NCBI RefSeq assembly: GCF_006345805.1
Contig: NC_043000.1
Coordinates: 29,574,001-29,638,000, forward strand
DNA from: Octopus sinensis
Taxonomy: Eukaryota
Direction of reading: 5' to 3'
DNA: 64,000 nt
This document shows positions 37,334 to 49,321 of the stretch, piece by piece; within the stretch, counting starts at the first letter, position 1; each line of letters opens with the position of its first letter. Both the position numbers and the translations under genes were made by a program. The notes under the pieces were generated by a model. That model ran no database searches, had not been told where the DNA came from, and was given only the letters and a program-made list of their open reading frames with translations.

Positions 37334-38799
37334 TTTCTCGAGCTATAAACCTCTTCCTATGAATTAACATTCAACTCACAAATGTCTTCTTAATACATAT
37401 AGCAAAGTACACGCACATCAGTACGCTGTTTATAAGCGCACTTCCAGCTTCAGCCTTGATAAGCAATACTAGGACCCAATCTTACAAAAACATATTGTAC
37501 TCAGTTCCAGACCTTGGAGTTTACGTTTGAAGTAATGACTTTTATGCAGTTCTTTCAAATTTTAGGAGCCATTTCTCTTCCGTTTTGATACTAATCCCTG
37601 TATAAAAGACACGTATGATACTATAAACCCCACTCCTTGACAATACACAAAACGCCCATAAATTCGATATGGTGTATATTGTAGATATTAAAATATTTTC
37701 ACGTCAAGTAGTCAACAGGAAAATGACACTTCTCCAGCTGAATTCCAATATTCATCCGATTCAAAGTCAGAAATATTACTGTTTCTGATTTGCAGTATCA
37801 AATTAAAGATAAAAACGAATTATTTTATTGATGTCATATATTAACTAGACGATAGTACACACACAACTATTTTTTTAATTTATATTTATTCATGTAGTTT
37901 TTTTTATTCTTTTAGGAAATTATTATTCAGGCAATATTACGCTTCAAACACAAAGGAAATGATAATGTTCAAACTTATGTGATTCATCATCCAAATAAAA
38001 AGATCATGTAACAATATACATTCTTAGTATTATGTTTTGTATTCTTCTGTATAATTTCTCATATCTTGCATATATAATTTGTAAATGCATCCTATGATAA
38101 TTTTTAATATAGTTACAAGGGCACGGATTTTTTGTGAAGAAAAGAGACAATCATACAAACTCGAGTCATTTAAGCTACATATATATTGTCATCGACGTAA
38201 GAATAAAAGAAAATAACTTTAAAGAAAAATGGAACTTGACCTGGAGATGTCAGGAGACGTAAGTGAATAGAGCAGGCCTGTTTTCGTTTCTGATATCCAT
38301 CGTTCCTTAAGTATTTGCTAACATCTCTTATAGCCGTATATAGTGTTAAAAAGCACAGATATACATCATTAGCAGACGAAAATGGTCTTCCAGTTGCGGC
38401 GGCAATGTTAAATACCTATTTCAGCTTCTTTGCGTTTCTTAGTAGCATGTGTCTTCTGGGAACACATGCTAAGAGAAAACAGGCCACTACTGATATATTG
38501 GCTGCTGAATGTTTTGTGTTTTTAATACTTTGGGCCTATTAGTGATTCTTTCTCGAGATGAATACCGCAGTTTAACCGGCTTTCTACGATATATCTGCTT
38601 TACGTATGTAACAAAGATTGATATTATGACCGAATACTGATTCTGTCATTAGTAACGAAACAGCAAATCAAATTACTTTTAAAACGAACTCACACTGTCA
38701 TCTTGTAATAAAATTACTTTTGGAACAAACTTCTAATTTTCATATGTTTTCACAGACATTCTCTAGAACAATAATTTCTGCAAAACCAAAACTATGATA

Positions 38800-38912
38800 C
38801 CCCTAGTGATAATAGCAACTTGAACCTCTAGCTTGTTGTCTCTTGAGGTCTCTGGGTGAAAATTGGAATCATCTTGTACAAACACAAAGCAAAAGCCCAA
38901 CGTATAATAATA

Positions 38913-38981
<69 letters not shown>
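38800..38981 (+). mobile_element. Probable LINE 3' UTR end with (AAT)n tail
   Basis: Unique sequence ends abruptly in a long (AAT)n at 38903-38981, directly before an R4/Dong-like ORF end. Confidence 0.4.
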
Positions 38982-38984
<3 letters not shown>

Positions 38985-39165
38985 CGAAAAAATGTGACAT
39001 CTCAAGGCGACTATAGTACCAGTGATTGTAGGAGCTCTAGGAATGATAAAAAAGGTACTGAAACCTATTTGAAAATGATACCAGGCTTACCATCCCTCCA
39101 GGAAGTGCAAAAAAATCGTATTAACTGGAGCGGCTCATGTACTGAGAAAAACATTATCGCTGTGA
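38982..39165 (+). mobile_element. R4/Dong-like (restriction-like endonuclease) LINE ORF end
   Basis: Frameshifted KM*HLKATIVPVIVGALGMIK, IPGLPSLQEVQK, IVLTGAAHVLRKTLSL*. Confidence 0.75.
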
Positions 39166-39214
39166 AAACAACATCCATTCATGAATTTATTTACTTATTT
39201 ATTTATTTATTTTT

Positions 39215-40320
39215 TAAATACATATTGTACCTGTGAATATGCGTGTGTAATCTGGGAATACATTCGATGAGCTTCTCTGCCCTAGATGTACGGAAAAAAC
39301 TCGGCGAGTAACGGAAGAAAATTTGAAGAAGGTAAAAATAAATACCACGGTGTCGAAGGCCTCATTGTGTAGGGGGTTGCGTGTGGATGTATATGGTAGG
39401 GCTTTTGTTGTAAACCATTCTTTGGTTTGGCATGTCTGAGTTCGTGGACGTTGAGTTGTAGGGCACGTTGGGAACCTATATCTATTAGTGATGGGGTAAT
39501 TCCTGCTAATGACAGTATCCTTTAGCTCATGTAGTCGTATGTTATTGGTGATTGTATCAGGTACTATAGTGCAAATCCTTTTAGTCAGGTTGAAACAGAT
39601 ATTCATTCAGGGTGTCTGCAGTGTCATGAGTTGAACGGTAGATATTACTTGAAATCCGTGGGCTTATAGTATATGATTGTTTCTAATTTGCTGTTGGATT
39701 TCGTAATGAGGATGTCGAAGAAAGGAAGTTATTAATGGCTATATTCCATCGTAAATTGAATGTTTATGTCAAGTCCATTTAGAAATACTTGAAATTCTTT
39801 AAGTCTCTCTATACTTTCATACCAAAGAATGAAGCATTCATCTAGATATCCATTCCAGTTATTTTCTGTAAAGGGAGAATGGGTTTCCGCATTTTCTAGT
39901 ACCTTACGGTAACGCATGATTTCTAGGAATCCCATGGTTATGTTAAGGGGCCATTCTCGTGCCCATCACAACCATCAATGTCTGTCGATTGGAGTTGTCA
40001 TTGAATACGAATAAGTTATTCTTCAAGATGCATTTTAGCCCTTCTATTACGAATTTTTTTAATGCGGTGCGGGAGTTCATTGGAGTAATTCTCTAGCCAG
40101 AACTGGATTGCCTCTATTCCTAGATTATGGGAGATATTAGAGTAAACGTTGACTACATCGAAGGATTACCAGTAGAGTTTTTTTATTAATTGGTTCAGGG
40201 AGGTGGTTGAGTATATCTAGGCCGTCCCTTATGTAGCTTTTGATATGCTTGATGAATGGTTTTGAAAGGGTATCTAAAAAAGTTGCTGAGGTGGTGAGTT
40301 TTCCATGCTTTTCTTCTTAA
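39215..40320 (-). mobile_element. Penelope-like RT fragment, decayed
   Basis: FLDTLSKPFIKHIKSYIRDGLD, SFDVVNVYSNI, MGTRMAP, YLDECFILW, NLTKRICTIV. Confidence 0.88.
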
Positions 40321-40452
40321 TTGACATCCACTTTTGTTTTAGTCTTAGTTGAAAAAGTCGAAAAGGTAGAAACCGGTGCTAACAGAATGTATTTCATGAT
40401 AAAATTATTTTAGCATTTTCTACCGTGTCTTATTTTCTTGATATATATATAT

Positions 40453-40494
<42 letters not shown>

Positions 40495-40589
40495 ATATAT
40501 ACACATGTATATATATATATATATATAAATACATACACATATGTGTGTGCTTGTATGTAAATACATGTATACATGTATGTATGTGTGTC

Positions 40590-40790
40590 CCTCTATAAGT
40601 TCCCTGCACCGTGGGACAACCGGTGATAGTTTGTTTTATGCCTCTGTAATTACTGGTTCGGTAAAATAATCCGAGAGAATAAGTTATAGACTTAGAGAAA
40701 GAGTTCTGGAGTTTATTTCTGCTGGACTAAAATCCTTCAAGGTGGTGCTCCTGCATGGCTGCAGTTCAATGACTAAAACAAGTGAGAAAT
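40590..40790 (+). mobile_element. Degraded SINE B tail
   Basis: GGTGGTGCTCCTGCATGGCTGCAGTTCAATGACT. Confidence 0.55.
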
Positions 40791-42514
40791 AAAAAAATTC
40801 AAAATTCTATTTCAATTTTAAATGTTAATGATTGTTAAGCACAATACTATTAATACTATTAATAAGAAGGTGTTCGTGAAAAGAAATTGAAATTTTTATC
40901 TCTTAATTCAAGTGAGTCCTTTAGTTAAAGATGTAACTGAAAACACTCTAAAATTAACCATGTTACTTTCGAACATTACCAATATGCACAGAATTCTTAA
41001 TTTTATTTCTCTACCAATCAGTTTCAGTACAGAATCAATCTGAATATTCACGGCGGCAGTCCGCACAATCGTAGAAATTTCTATTCTGAGATTAGAGTCT
41101 GTCGTGGTTCTATTTTGGTATTTTTGCATTAATAAAGAAACAGACTTGATTACTATTAATTCACGAAATGCGCGGACATCATGTGAATTATCTGCTTTGT
41201 AGAAATAGTTTTTCTTGCTGATATTTTTAAACAAGAGCTCATGCTATTGTGACTTTCGTCGGTCCATTGGAGTAGTTTTTGCTAAGAAGACGCATAACAA
41301 TATTGAAACACTGAGGTGTCTCAAAGTTTCCTTAAAGCGTTGAATCGCAGGTATAATGAAAACACATCGTCTAAACGGGGGAGATGTCCTTCGATAACGA
41401 AAAAGAACAGCAATCAAATATAAACTTTTGAATTGTTATGTCATTGTTTGGATTCTCGTTATACTGTGTGACCCCGTTTTCTGTTTGATAGACATCAGTA
41501 TGCAAAAGCAAATAATTTGTTCGTTGATTTCTACAGATAAGCGCTCTCTGTTTTTGTGATATTTATCTCCCCAGCAGGTCGAAACCCACATTTTCTCAAA
41601 TAAAAGTCCTTTTATACTGATAAACCGTGCGCAACATCAACATTCGTCGCGTAAAAGAAAAGGTTTTCCGATTTCGGAAAACGCAGGCCATCTGACAGCC
41701 TCGTTCGAACATAACAGAACTTATTAAGAATACAAGGAATACGGTATCGCTCATTAATTCTACTTCTCCGAAAACTCTAGTAACATTGTGCCAAAATAGG
41801 AAATCAATACGTGTATCCATTATTTATTTAGACTCTCGACGTAAGACACTCGTTGATTGAATATTTACTTTGTTGTCTATCATCAACTTCTCGACAAGTT
41901 TTTATCGTTTACAAATAAAAAAAATCCTTCATTAATTCTAAGTTTAACAAGACGCCATTAATATTGCTTAATAGATAAAGCATTGGTCTGTAGACGAAGA
42001 AATCGGGTTTCAGCATGCAATCAATAATTACTTCAACGTGGCAAGGTCAACGCCCTGAACTTTTTCCTCCCATTTGAAATGATAACACAGGCGATAAGAA
42101 GCTACACAGAAAAGACGTGCGTGTAGAATGATTACCCAAGTGGATGTTTTTACGTTACTAATTTGTTGACAAAGAGTGCTTATACAGTCTTCGAAGTTTC
42201 AAACGAATCTTGAATTAGTTAAGGTTTTTTCAAGTGAAATTATAATTGATGGAATCGAATTAATTGTGGCATTGCCATTTATTTTAATGACAGCTGAGAG
42301 ATGAAAGGAAAAGAAAGCTACCGAGGATGTTGACTTTACAAACATGATAAGATAAGATCTTCCATGTAAAAAAAAATATTAAACATTTTGCAGAAACCGT
42401 ATTACAAACTTTTCAGAGTAAACTATAAAGAAATTAATTGTATGGTGTGATATAAGAACACCAGTGTAAAGTATCGGTTGAGTTTCATAACAGTTTCAGC
42501 CTCATTCTACATTT

Positions 42515-42731
42515 ATTCTTTTTCACTCTAGGCACAAGGCCCGAAATTTTTGGGGAGGGGGCAGTCGATTAGATCGACTCCAGTATGCAACTGGTACTTA
42601 ATTTATCGACCACGAAAGGATGAAAGACAAAATCGACATCGGAGGAATTTGAACTCAGAATGTAAAGACAGACGAAATATCGTTAAGAATTTCGCCCGGT
42701 GTGCTAACGTTTCTGCCAGCTCGCCGCCTTG
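42515..42731 (-). mobile_element. SINE A2
   Basis: Reverse complement of 15376-15588. Confidence 0.85.
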
Positions 42732-42840
42732 ATCCACCTCGCCGCCTTGAGCCAGCTCGTCGCCTTGAGCCAGCTCGTCGCCTTGATCCAGGTCACCGCC
42801 TTGAGCCAGCTCGTCGCCTTGAGTCATCTCGCCGCTTTTC
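42715..42840. repeat. 18-bp minisatellite x7 derived from the SINE A 5' end
   Basis: GCCAGCTCG(C/T)CGCCTTGA units at 42715, 42733, 42751, 42769, 42787, 42805 and 42823. Confidence 0.9.
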
Positions 42841-42969
42841 ATTCTTCATTTATTGTTAGAGAATAAACAACTGTTACTTCTTCAGTTTTATTTTATTTAC
42901 AGAAATATAACCACAACCTGTTGAATTATTGTGAACTATACGTGGTTGTGTGGAAACAAGCTTGCTTCC

Positions 42970-45038
42970 ACTGCGCATGTGCGAATAATTATGGTGTTCG
43001 GCACCAAAGAGGTGAGATATGCTTTTGAAGCCGTCTCGAATTGAAAAATTTTGAAGCTCCATCGTAAGGTAAGATTCTGTTTTTTTGGGTCCAGTGGGAA
43101 TTTTTGTTGAGAATTGTTTTTGTACAGGCAGGAAGTCCTACTGGATTCAGAATTCTGGTTCTGCCTACATGGGGCAAATAATTTTTGTCGCTGAATTGTG
43201 AGAATTTTTGTTTGGGGACGTATTCGTCTCCGGTTTCTGTTGAGTGAATATTTTTCTCACTTAATTATGAGAATTATTGCTTGTATTGTGCCTTTTGAAG
43301 AACTTTAAGAATTGTGAGAACTGCTGTTTGGGGGAGTGTTTTCGCCTCCGAAGATTGAACAATTTGTATATCAATTTTTGTGGAAGTTGTGTTCCAGTTG
43401 TGGCGTTCCGGGTTCAACCTAGGCCGGGAGTACCGAATGACCGGAAGATTTTTTTGCTGTGTTCCTGAACTATTGACTTTCTTCTAAACTTTATTTGACT
43501 TTCTCCTTTTTGTTTATTGTGTCTATATTTTTTCTTCTCGCTTTTTAAGTTTTATTTTGAATATATTTAAAAAAAAGTTTTGGAGTGGGAGATTATACCG
43601 CCCAAAAAGTGGTTAAAAGACCGTGAAGATAGGACGGTGTTGTTGAGAACCTACTCCAAGTCACTCGACACCATCGCCCTATTCGAAAAGACGGCAACTG
43701 AAAAGGAGTCGGCAGAGTATTTGCCAACAATTAAATTCATTTCCAGGGGTGTCAGATATGCAACGGTGTGGTTGCTATTTGATACCCCTGAAGAGGCTCG
43801 CAAATTTGCTAGTCAACCTTTGGAGGGTGAGGAAATTTTGTTCCTTCCCACGTATTATGAGAAGAGGTTGACGAAAGCTTGGCTCTGCGGGTTGCTACCC
43901 GGGATAAAACCCGAGTGGATAGAGGAGACTATCCGCCGGGGTCTGGGTGGAAGCGGGCCCAAGCTTCTTTATGTGAAAGTTCTTCGTGCTGCTGATTGGG
44001 TTGGGTCAAAAGCTGTGTTGACCCTTTGGACCCAATCAGCCAATCTGGTTTTTACAGATTTTAAAAAAATGGCCGGCTGCAGGTACCCGGTGATACTTGA
44101 GGGTCGCCCATCCCCACCAGGTGTCATCGGTGCCTGAAGTACGGCCATATAAAGAAAAACTGTCCCCAGGAACAAAATAAGGTCCCGGAGCAGTTGAGTG
44201 AGACCCCTGTTGAAGAGGGAATGAAGGCGGCCGAGGAAGTGGAAGACTCCTCAAACAGGGGCCGAAAGAGGAAGAAGGTGAGCAACAATGGGTGCTCACC
44301 GAAGGATCCTAGGGATGAGGAGGGGAAGGCGAATCTTCCGGCCACGGATGAGACGCACTCTCCCTCAGATGAAAAGAAAAAATAGAGGAAGAGAAACGGG
44401 ACATAGCCGGCAGTCGCTGACATAGTAACTGAATGTCCCGGAACCACGTCGGTTTGGGTTGTGCCACCGGCAGGAGAAGAAACATTGTTGGCGGGAACTG
44501 TGCCACCAATGAAAGAATTGGATATCCCGCCCCCGGGGGAAGACGAGGTATTGATCTTCTTCTATAGAGGCGGAGAGATTGAAAAGGTGATGGAAAAACA
44601 CCATAAGGGAGCACCTTTAGCCTTCACACAGGACCCCGAATGGACTCCGCAGGTAGCTGTGGAGGCCATAACGTTTGACGTGACGTTTGGGCTGAAGGGG
44701 CTCAATGAGGAATATCGCTTGTACCCGGGCAACGCTTACACGGAACTCGATACGATTTTGAAAGAGGCGTGGAGGATGGTAGAGGATGCGGTTACAAGTT
44801 ATTTTGAGGGTGAGTTATAAATTGTGACACTGTGTGACACAAACATTTGATAATAGGCACTTCGCTTTCTATCTGAACTCCCGGCTGTCAACGTGGTCTG
44901 CTCTGCAGGCGGCTAGATATTTAACTGGGGGTCGGGAAAGAGGAGGGAGGGAAAAGTGATAATGTATTTTTTATGTTTGGTTGACATGTTGATTTTATGT
45001 AAGTGTAAGGTCTCTATCGCTAATTTGATAAAATAAAG
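42970..45038 (+). mobile_element. ORF1/gag-only LINE-like (L1/Tx1-like) element with 12-bp TSD
   Basis: TSD AAGCTTGCTTCC at 42958-42969 and 45039-45050; ~610-nt 5' UTR; one long ORF; T-rich 3' UTR ending AAATAAAG; no endonuclease or RT motifs found. Confidence 0.75.
43580..44820 (+). pseudogene. Gag-like ORF1 (~410 aa reconstructed) with CCHC zinc knuckle
   Basis: One frameshift near 44115 and in-frame TAG stops at 44383 and 44404 join three track ORFs. CHRCLKYGHIKKNC (CX2CX4HX4C) lies at 44122-44163, after an RRM-like N-terminal region (inference) and before a basic RGRKRKK stretch. Confidence 0.75.
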
Positions 45039-45050
45039 AAGCTTGCTTCC

Positions 45051-45535
45051 CGGAGGGAGGGGCCCATGCCCTGGACAGGGGACGAAGAGTGGCCTTCGCA
45101 GGTGACTACGAAGATCATATTGGATGTCGCTATGGTCAGAGAAATGAACACCTTCTCAAAGGACATGTTTAGATACGCCTTGAGGGGCCCCGACCTAGAG
45201 CTGGCGCATTGCCTAAGGGAAGTGTAAGCCAGGTCTGGGAGGAGGGGCTTTGTGTATTGTATTTATATATATTATATGTAATTATTGAACTATGTTGTTG
45301 TTTGTAATCGACTGTTAAGTCCAAAAATTGAAAAGTTGTAAAAGTTGTAAGAGGTTTAATACCTCGTTTTGTGTTTGGTTTTAAAGAACAATGTTTTAGA
45401 GAAGCAGAAGTCGGTGGCGCTTTTTCTTTTCTCTCATCCTTATCATCTTTCTTTCATTATCATTCATTTCATTAATGTCCTCGTCCAGCCCGCAAAGCTA
45501 CTTTACTCTATGTACTGAAATGTAATGAAATAAAG
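45051..45535 (+). mobile_element. 5'-truncated second gag-only element of a diverged family
   Basis: Open frame 45051-45227 (RREGPMPWTGDEEWPSQVTTKIILDV...YALRGPDLELAHCLREV*) aligns with the ORF1 C-terminus (GAPLAFTQDPEWTPQVAVEAITFDV...YRLYPGNAYTELDTILKEA); the 3' UTR also ends AAATAAAG. Confidence 0.7.
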
Positions 45536-45659
45536 AACCTTGGTTGCCGGTTCAGTCCCACTGCGTGACAACTTGGGCAAGTGTCTTCTACTATAGTTTC
45601 GAGCCAATCAAAGCCTAGTGAGTGGATTTGTTTGTCAGGAACTGAAAGAGACCCGTCAG

Positions 45660-45725
<66 letters not shown>

Positions 45726-45874
45726 ATGTGTGTGTGTGTGTGTGCGTGTGTCTTTATGCTTCTGTTCGTACTCTACAACCAATTGACAATTGCGTTTAGA
45801 CCCTTTATGCCTGCGTTCTGGCGAAATGACAGATTAAAAAAATACCATGTTTGAAAATTGGGTTGATTTATACA

Positions 45875-46036
45875 GTTCTATATTTAAGAGATTAGGAATT
45901 ATGTACGTTATTTACAGTATTTACATTTGACGGATATTTGTCCTAATCTTGTTTGTTGTTAACACAACATTTCGGCTGATATACTCTCCAGCCTTCATCA
46001 GGTATCTTGGGGAAATTTCAAACCTGGGCTCTCCTT
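45875..46036 (-). mobile_element. H1 tail copy with intact CTGATGA hammerhead core
   Basis: Minus strand GATAC-CTGATGA-A-GGCTG...CAGCC-GAAAT-GTT-GTGTT at 46006-45961. Confidence 0.8.
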
Positions 46037-47277
46037 TCTTTTTAGCAACAACATTTGATCCACCGTGACCAACAACGGCCAAGATTCCAGCAGCCACCTT
46101 GTGTCTATTCATTCGGTAAACAGTTTCTGAATGATCGGAGTTTCTGTAAGAAGCCTGAGAAAATTTAAATCGCAAGAATTCAAATAAAACTGTTTTAAAT
46201 ATTATCATTATTATTATTATTATTATATTATTATTATTATTATTATTATTATTATGTAAGGGCCCTTATTTAACTGTTTATGATTTTCACCCTGAAAAAT
46301 TTTATCTTTATATTAGAAGTAAATATTGTAATTAATAATAATAATATAATAATAATAATAATAATAACAACAACAACAACAACAATAATAATAATAATGA
46401 TAATAATATTAATAATAATAATAATAATATGTAGAGAGAGAGAATGAGAGAGTGAGCGAGAGATAGATGATGAGACTGCTCATTAATGGTGTGAGACATA
46501 AAAAGAATGCAATGTAATGTTAATATAACAAGATTACGAACAACAAAAAGCAACAGCAACGATAGAATAGGAAAGAAAACAAGAAAACGTCAATCTTTAA
46601 AATGCTTGCCAATTTTATTAATATATCTTCCCAACTATAAGCTAGCCAAAGACTGTTTATAAATTGGTAACAGTTCCAGACACTGTTATTTCATTGTAGA
46701 CAGAGAAATGTATAGGCTGTGTGGTTTATAAACTCGAGCTCACACGGCTTCCATTTCAAATGCGAGATCAGTAGCTACCCCAAATATATACACATGTATG
46801 TATATATATATATAAGTTGTAGATAGTCTTAAACGATGATGAATGGCGGATGGTGTGTAACATTTATTGGAAGGGAAAAAAACACAGCTGAAGCAACAAA
46901 GCAAAAAATGTTTAACAAAATGAAAATTTAATAATATTGAACAGCAACATATTACTAGAAACATTTTTTTTTCTTTTTGGCGAGTGGCTGCTTAGAAAGA
47001 ATAATGGTTTATGACATGAAAGAAGGAAAAATTGTTTTTGTACTGGAATAATTTGTTGTACACGAAGAAGGCAAAATTTTCGCAGAAGAGAAGATATGGG
47101 CGATTGAAGCAATTTCAAAAAAATTCTATTGGCTCTTGTTTTAAGTTTGCCCAGAAAGACCAAGTTGACCTTGGCATAATTTGATTTGGGAACGGAAATA
47201 TAGAACATATACCAAAAGGTCCCCTTTGAGCTTCTGCCGATTCCACCACCATTCACATTATAAGATTTATATATGAT

Positions 47278-47527
47278 ATAAGCACAAGGACAGGAATTTG
47301 GAGGGAGGGGTTCAGTCGATTATATCGACCCCAGTGTTTGACTGGTGCTTTATTTATCGACCTGAAAAAAATGAAAGGCAAAGTTGACATCGGCAGAGAT
47401 TGAACTCAAAACATAAAAACACAGGATAAATTGCGTCGTGGGATTTAGTTAAACGTTGTAATAATTCTGCCAATTCACTGCTACATTCCATATTATAATG
47501 ATAAAAATACAGTTATGATACATAGTC

Positions 47528-47560
<33 letters not shown>

Positions 47561-48740
47561 TAATAATAATAATATAATAATAATAATAATAATAATAATA
47601 AAATAATAATGAGGATAATGGTTTCAAATTTTTCCACAAGGGCAGCCATTTTAGGAGAAGGGATGAGTCGATTACATCGACCCCTCAGTGTTCAATTGAT
47701 CCCTATTTTATTGACCCTCCAAAGGATGAAAGGGCAAAGTCGACCTCGGCGGAATTTGAACTTAGACCGTAGCGACGGGTAAAATGCTGCTAAGCATTTC
47801 GTCCGGTGCGCTTACGATTCTGCCAGCTCGCCGCCTTGGTAATATTAATAATGAAAATAATAATAATAACAACAAAAACAAAGAATGGTGATAATAATAA
47901 TAATAACATCAACAATAATAAAATAAATAAGAAATATAATGATAAAATTATAATTGTTTTCAAATTCTGGCACTAGGCCTATAATTTTGGGGAGGGATTA
48001 AGTCGATTACATCGACTCCAGTGCTCGACTGGTACTTATTTTGTCAACCCCGAAAAGATGAAAGGCAAAGTCGACCTCGGCGGAATTTGAACTCAGAAAT
48101 TAAAGACGGACGAAATGCCGCTAAGTATTTAGTCCGGCGTGCAAATGATTCTGCCACCTCACCGCTTTAAAATAATAAAACTTTGTGTTAAAAATAATTA
48201 TGATGAAAATAATTGCTTCTAATGTAGGCTGGAGGCCAATAACTTTTGAACGGGACGACTAGTTGATACTACAGACACCAGTTTCTGACTGGTATTTTAT
48301 TTTATAGATTTAGAATGAACGAAGAGCAAAGATTACTCGGGCGGGATATGAAATTAACGTAAAGGGCCTGAAAGAAGGTATTTTCCAAACATTCTAACGC
48401 TTTTATCAATCCTTATCTATCTTTCACATGAAAATAATGAAAATAAAATATACTATGATATGTAATAATAATGATAACAATAATAATGATAACAATAATG
48501 ATAATGATGATAATAATAATAATAATAATAATCACATCTGATATGGGCACAAGGCCTGAAATTTGGTGGGGAAAGGCCAAGTCGATTACAATGAGACCCA
48601 ATGCTATACAGGTGCTTATTTTGTCGACCTCAAAAGCAAAGAAGGTGAAGTCGACCGCGGCAGAATCTGAGCACAGGACGTAAGAAGCTGGAACAAATAC
48701 CACAAGGTACTTTTTATCTCCGATGGTTTAACGATTCTGT
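47278..48740 (-). mobile_element. Cluster of five co-oriented SINE A2 copies, mostly separated by (AAT)n
   Basis: Copies at ~47278-47465, 47625-47837, 47962-48168, 48225-48400 and 48543-48740, with differing degrees of decay. Confidence 0.8.
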
Positions 48741-48779
48741 CAAAACACCGCATTATAATAATGAAAGAGGCAATCAGTT

Positions 48780-48791
48780 ATCGTAATAATG

Positions 48792-48882
<91 letters not shown>

Positions 48883-48915
48883 TAATCAAAATGATAAAAA
48901 GGATAATAATAATGA
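48780..48915. repeat. (AAT)n microsatellite
   Basis: Direct reading of the sequence. Confidence 0.95.
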
Positions 48916-49189
48916 ATTCTTAACACAGTCAGAAGTCTTCAAGAATGATTGTAATTATTTCTTTAGGAAAAAAAAAAGCCAACGTTAGAGCTCTGAATAT
49001 TGTTTCGATTCAGTCGAAGTTATATCACATGGGTAGCCATTTTACAATAACGATTGGAAATTATCCAGGTCGAAGAGATATCAAGAGTTAAGGGCGAGGC
49101 ATGGAACTGCAGATATCACTAATCAAAGAACCCAGCTTTTTTTAAAAATTGATTGAGCTTGAATCACTGACGTAGTAATGCCGATGACG

Positions 49190-49245
49190 ACGATTAAGAT
49201 GAGATGGCGATGACGATGAGAACGATGATGAGGATGATGACGAGA

Positions 49246-49285
<40 letters not shown>

Positions 49286-49290
49286 CGAGA

Positions 49291-49321
<31 letters not shown>

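Larger units (their letters stand above)
42941..45660 (+). mobile_element. SINE B head split by a 2.57-kb double insertion (5' part 42941-42969, remainder 45536-45660)
   Basis: GTGGTTGTGTGGAAACAAGCTTGCTTCC [insert] AACCTTGGTTGCCGGTTCAGTCCCACTGCG reconstitutes the family B head. Confidence 0.8.

Noticed and set aside
40908-41820. 108-aa and 74-aa minus-strand ORFs in unique sequence
   Set aside because: No recognisable domain or convincing splice boundaries; lengths are compatible with chance.
42715-42840. CRISPR-like array
   Set aside because: Units are contiguous with no spacers, in a eukaryotic context.
42603-42842. ORF with QGDELA repeats
   Set aside because: Translation of the 18-bp SINE-derived minisatellite.
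46585-46650. Possible PLE ORF end (ATTAATATATCTTCCCAACTATAA, similar to 34114-34135)
   Set aside because: Too short to call as a feature; noted only as a possible relic.
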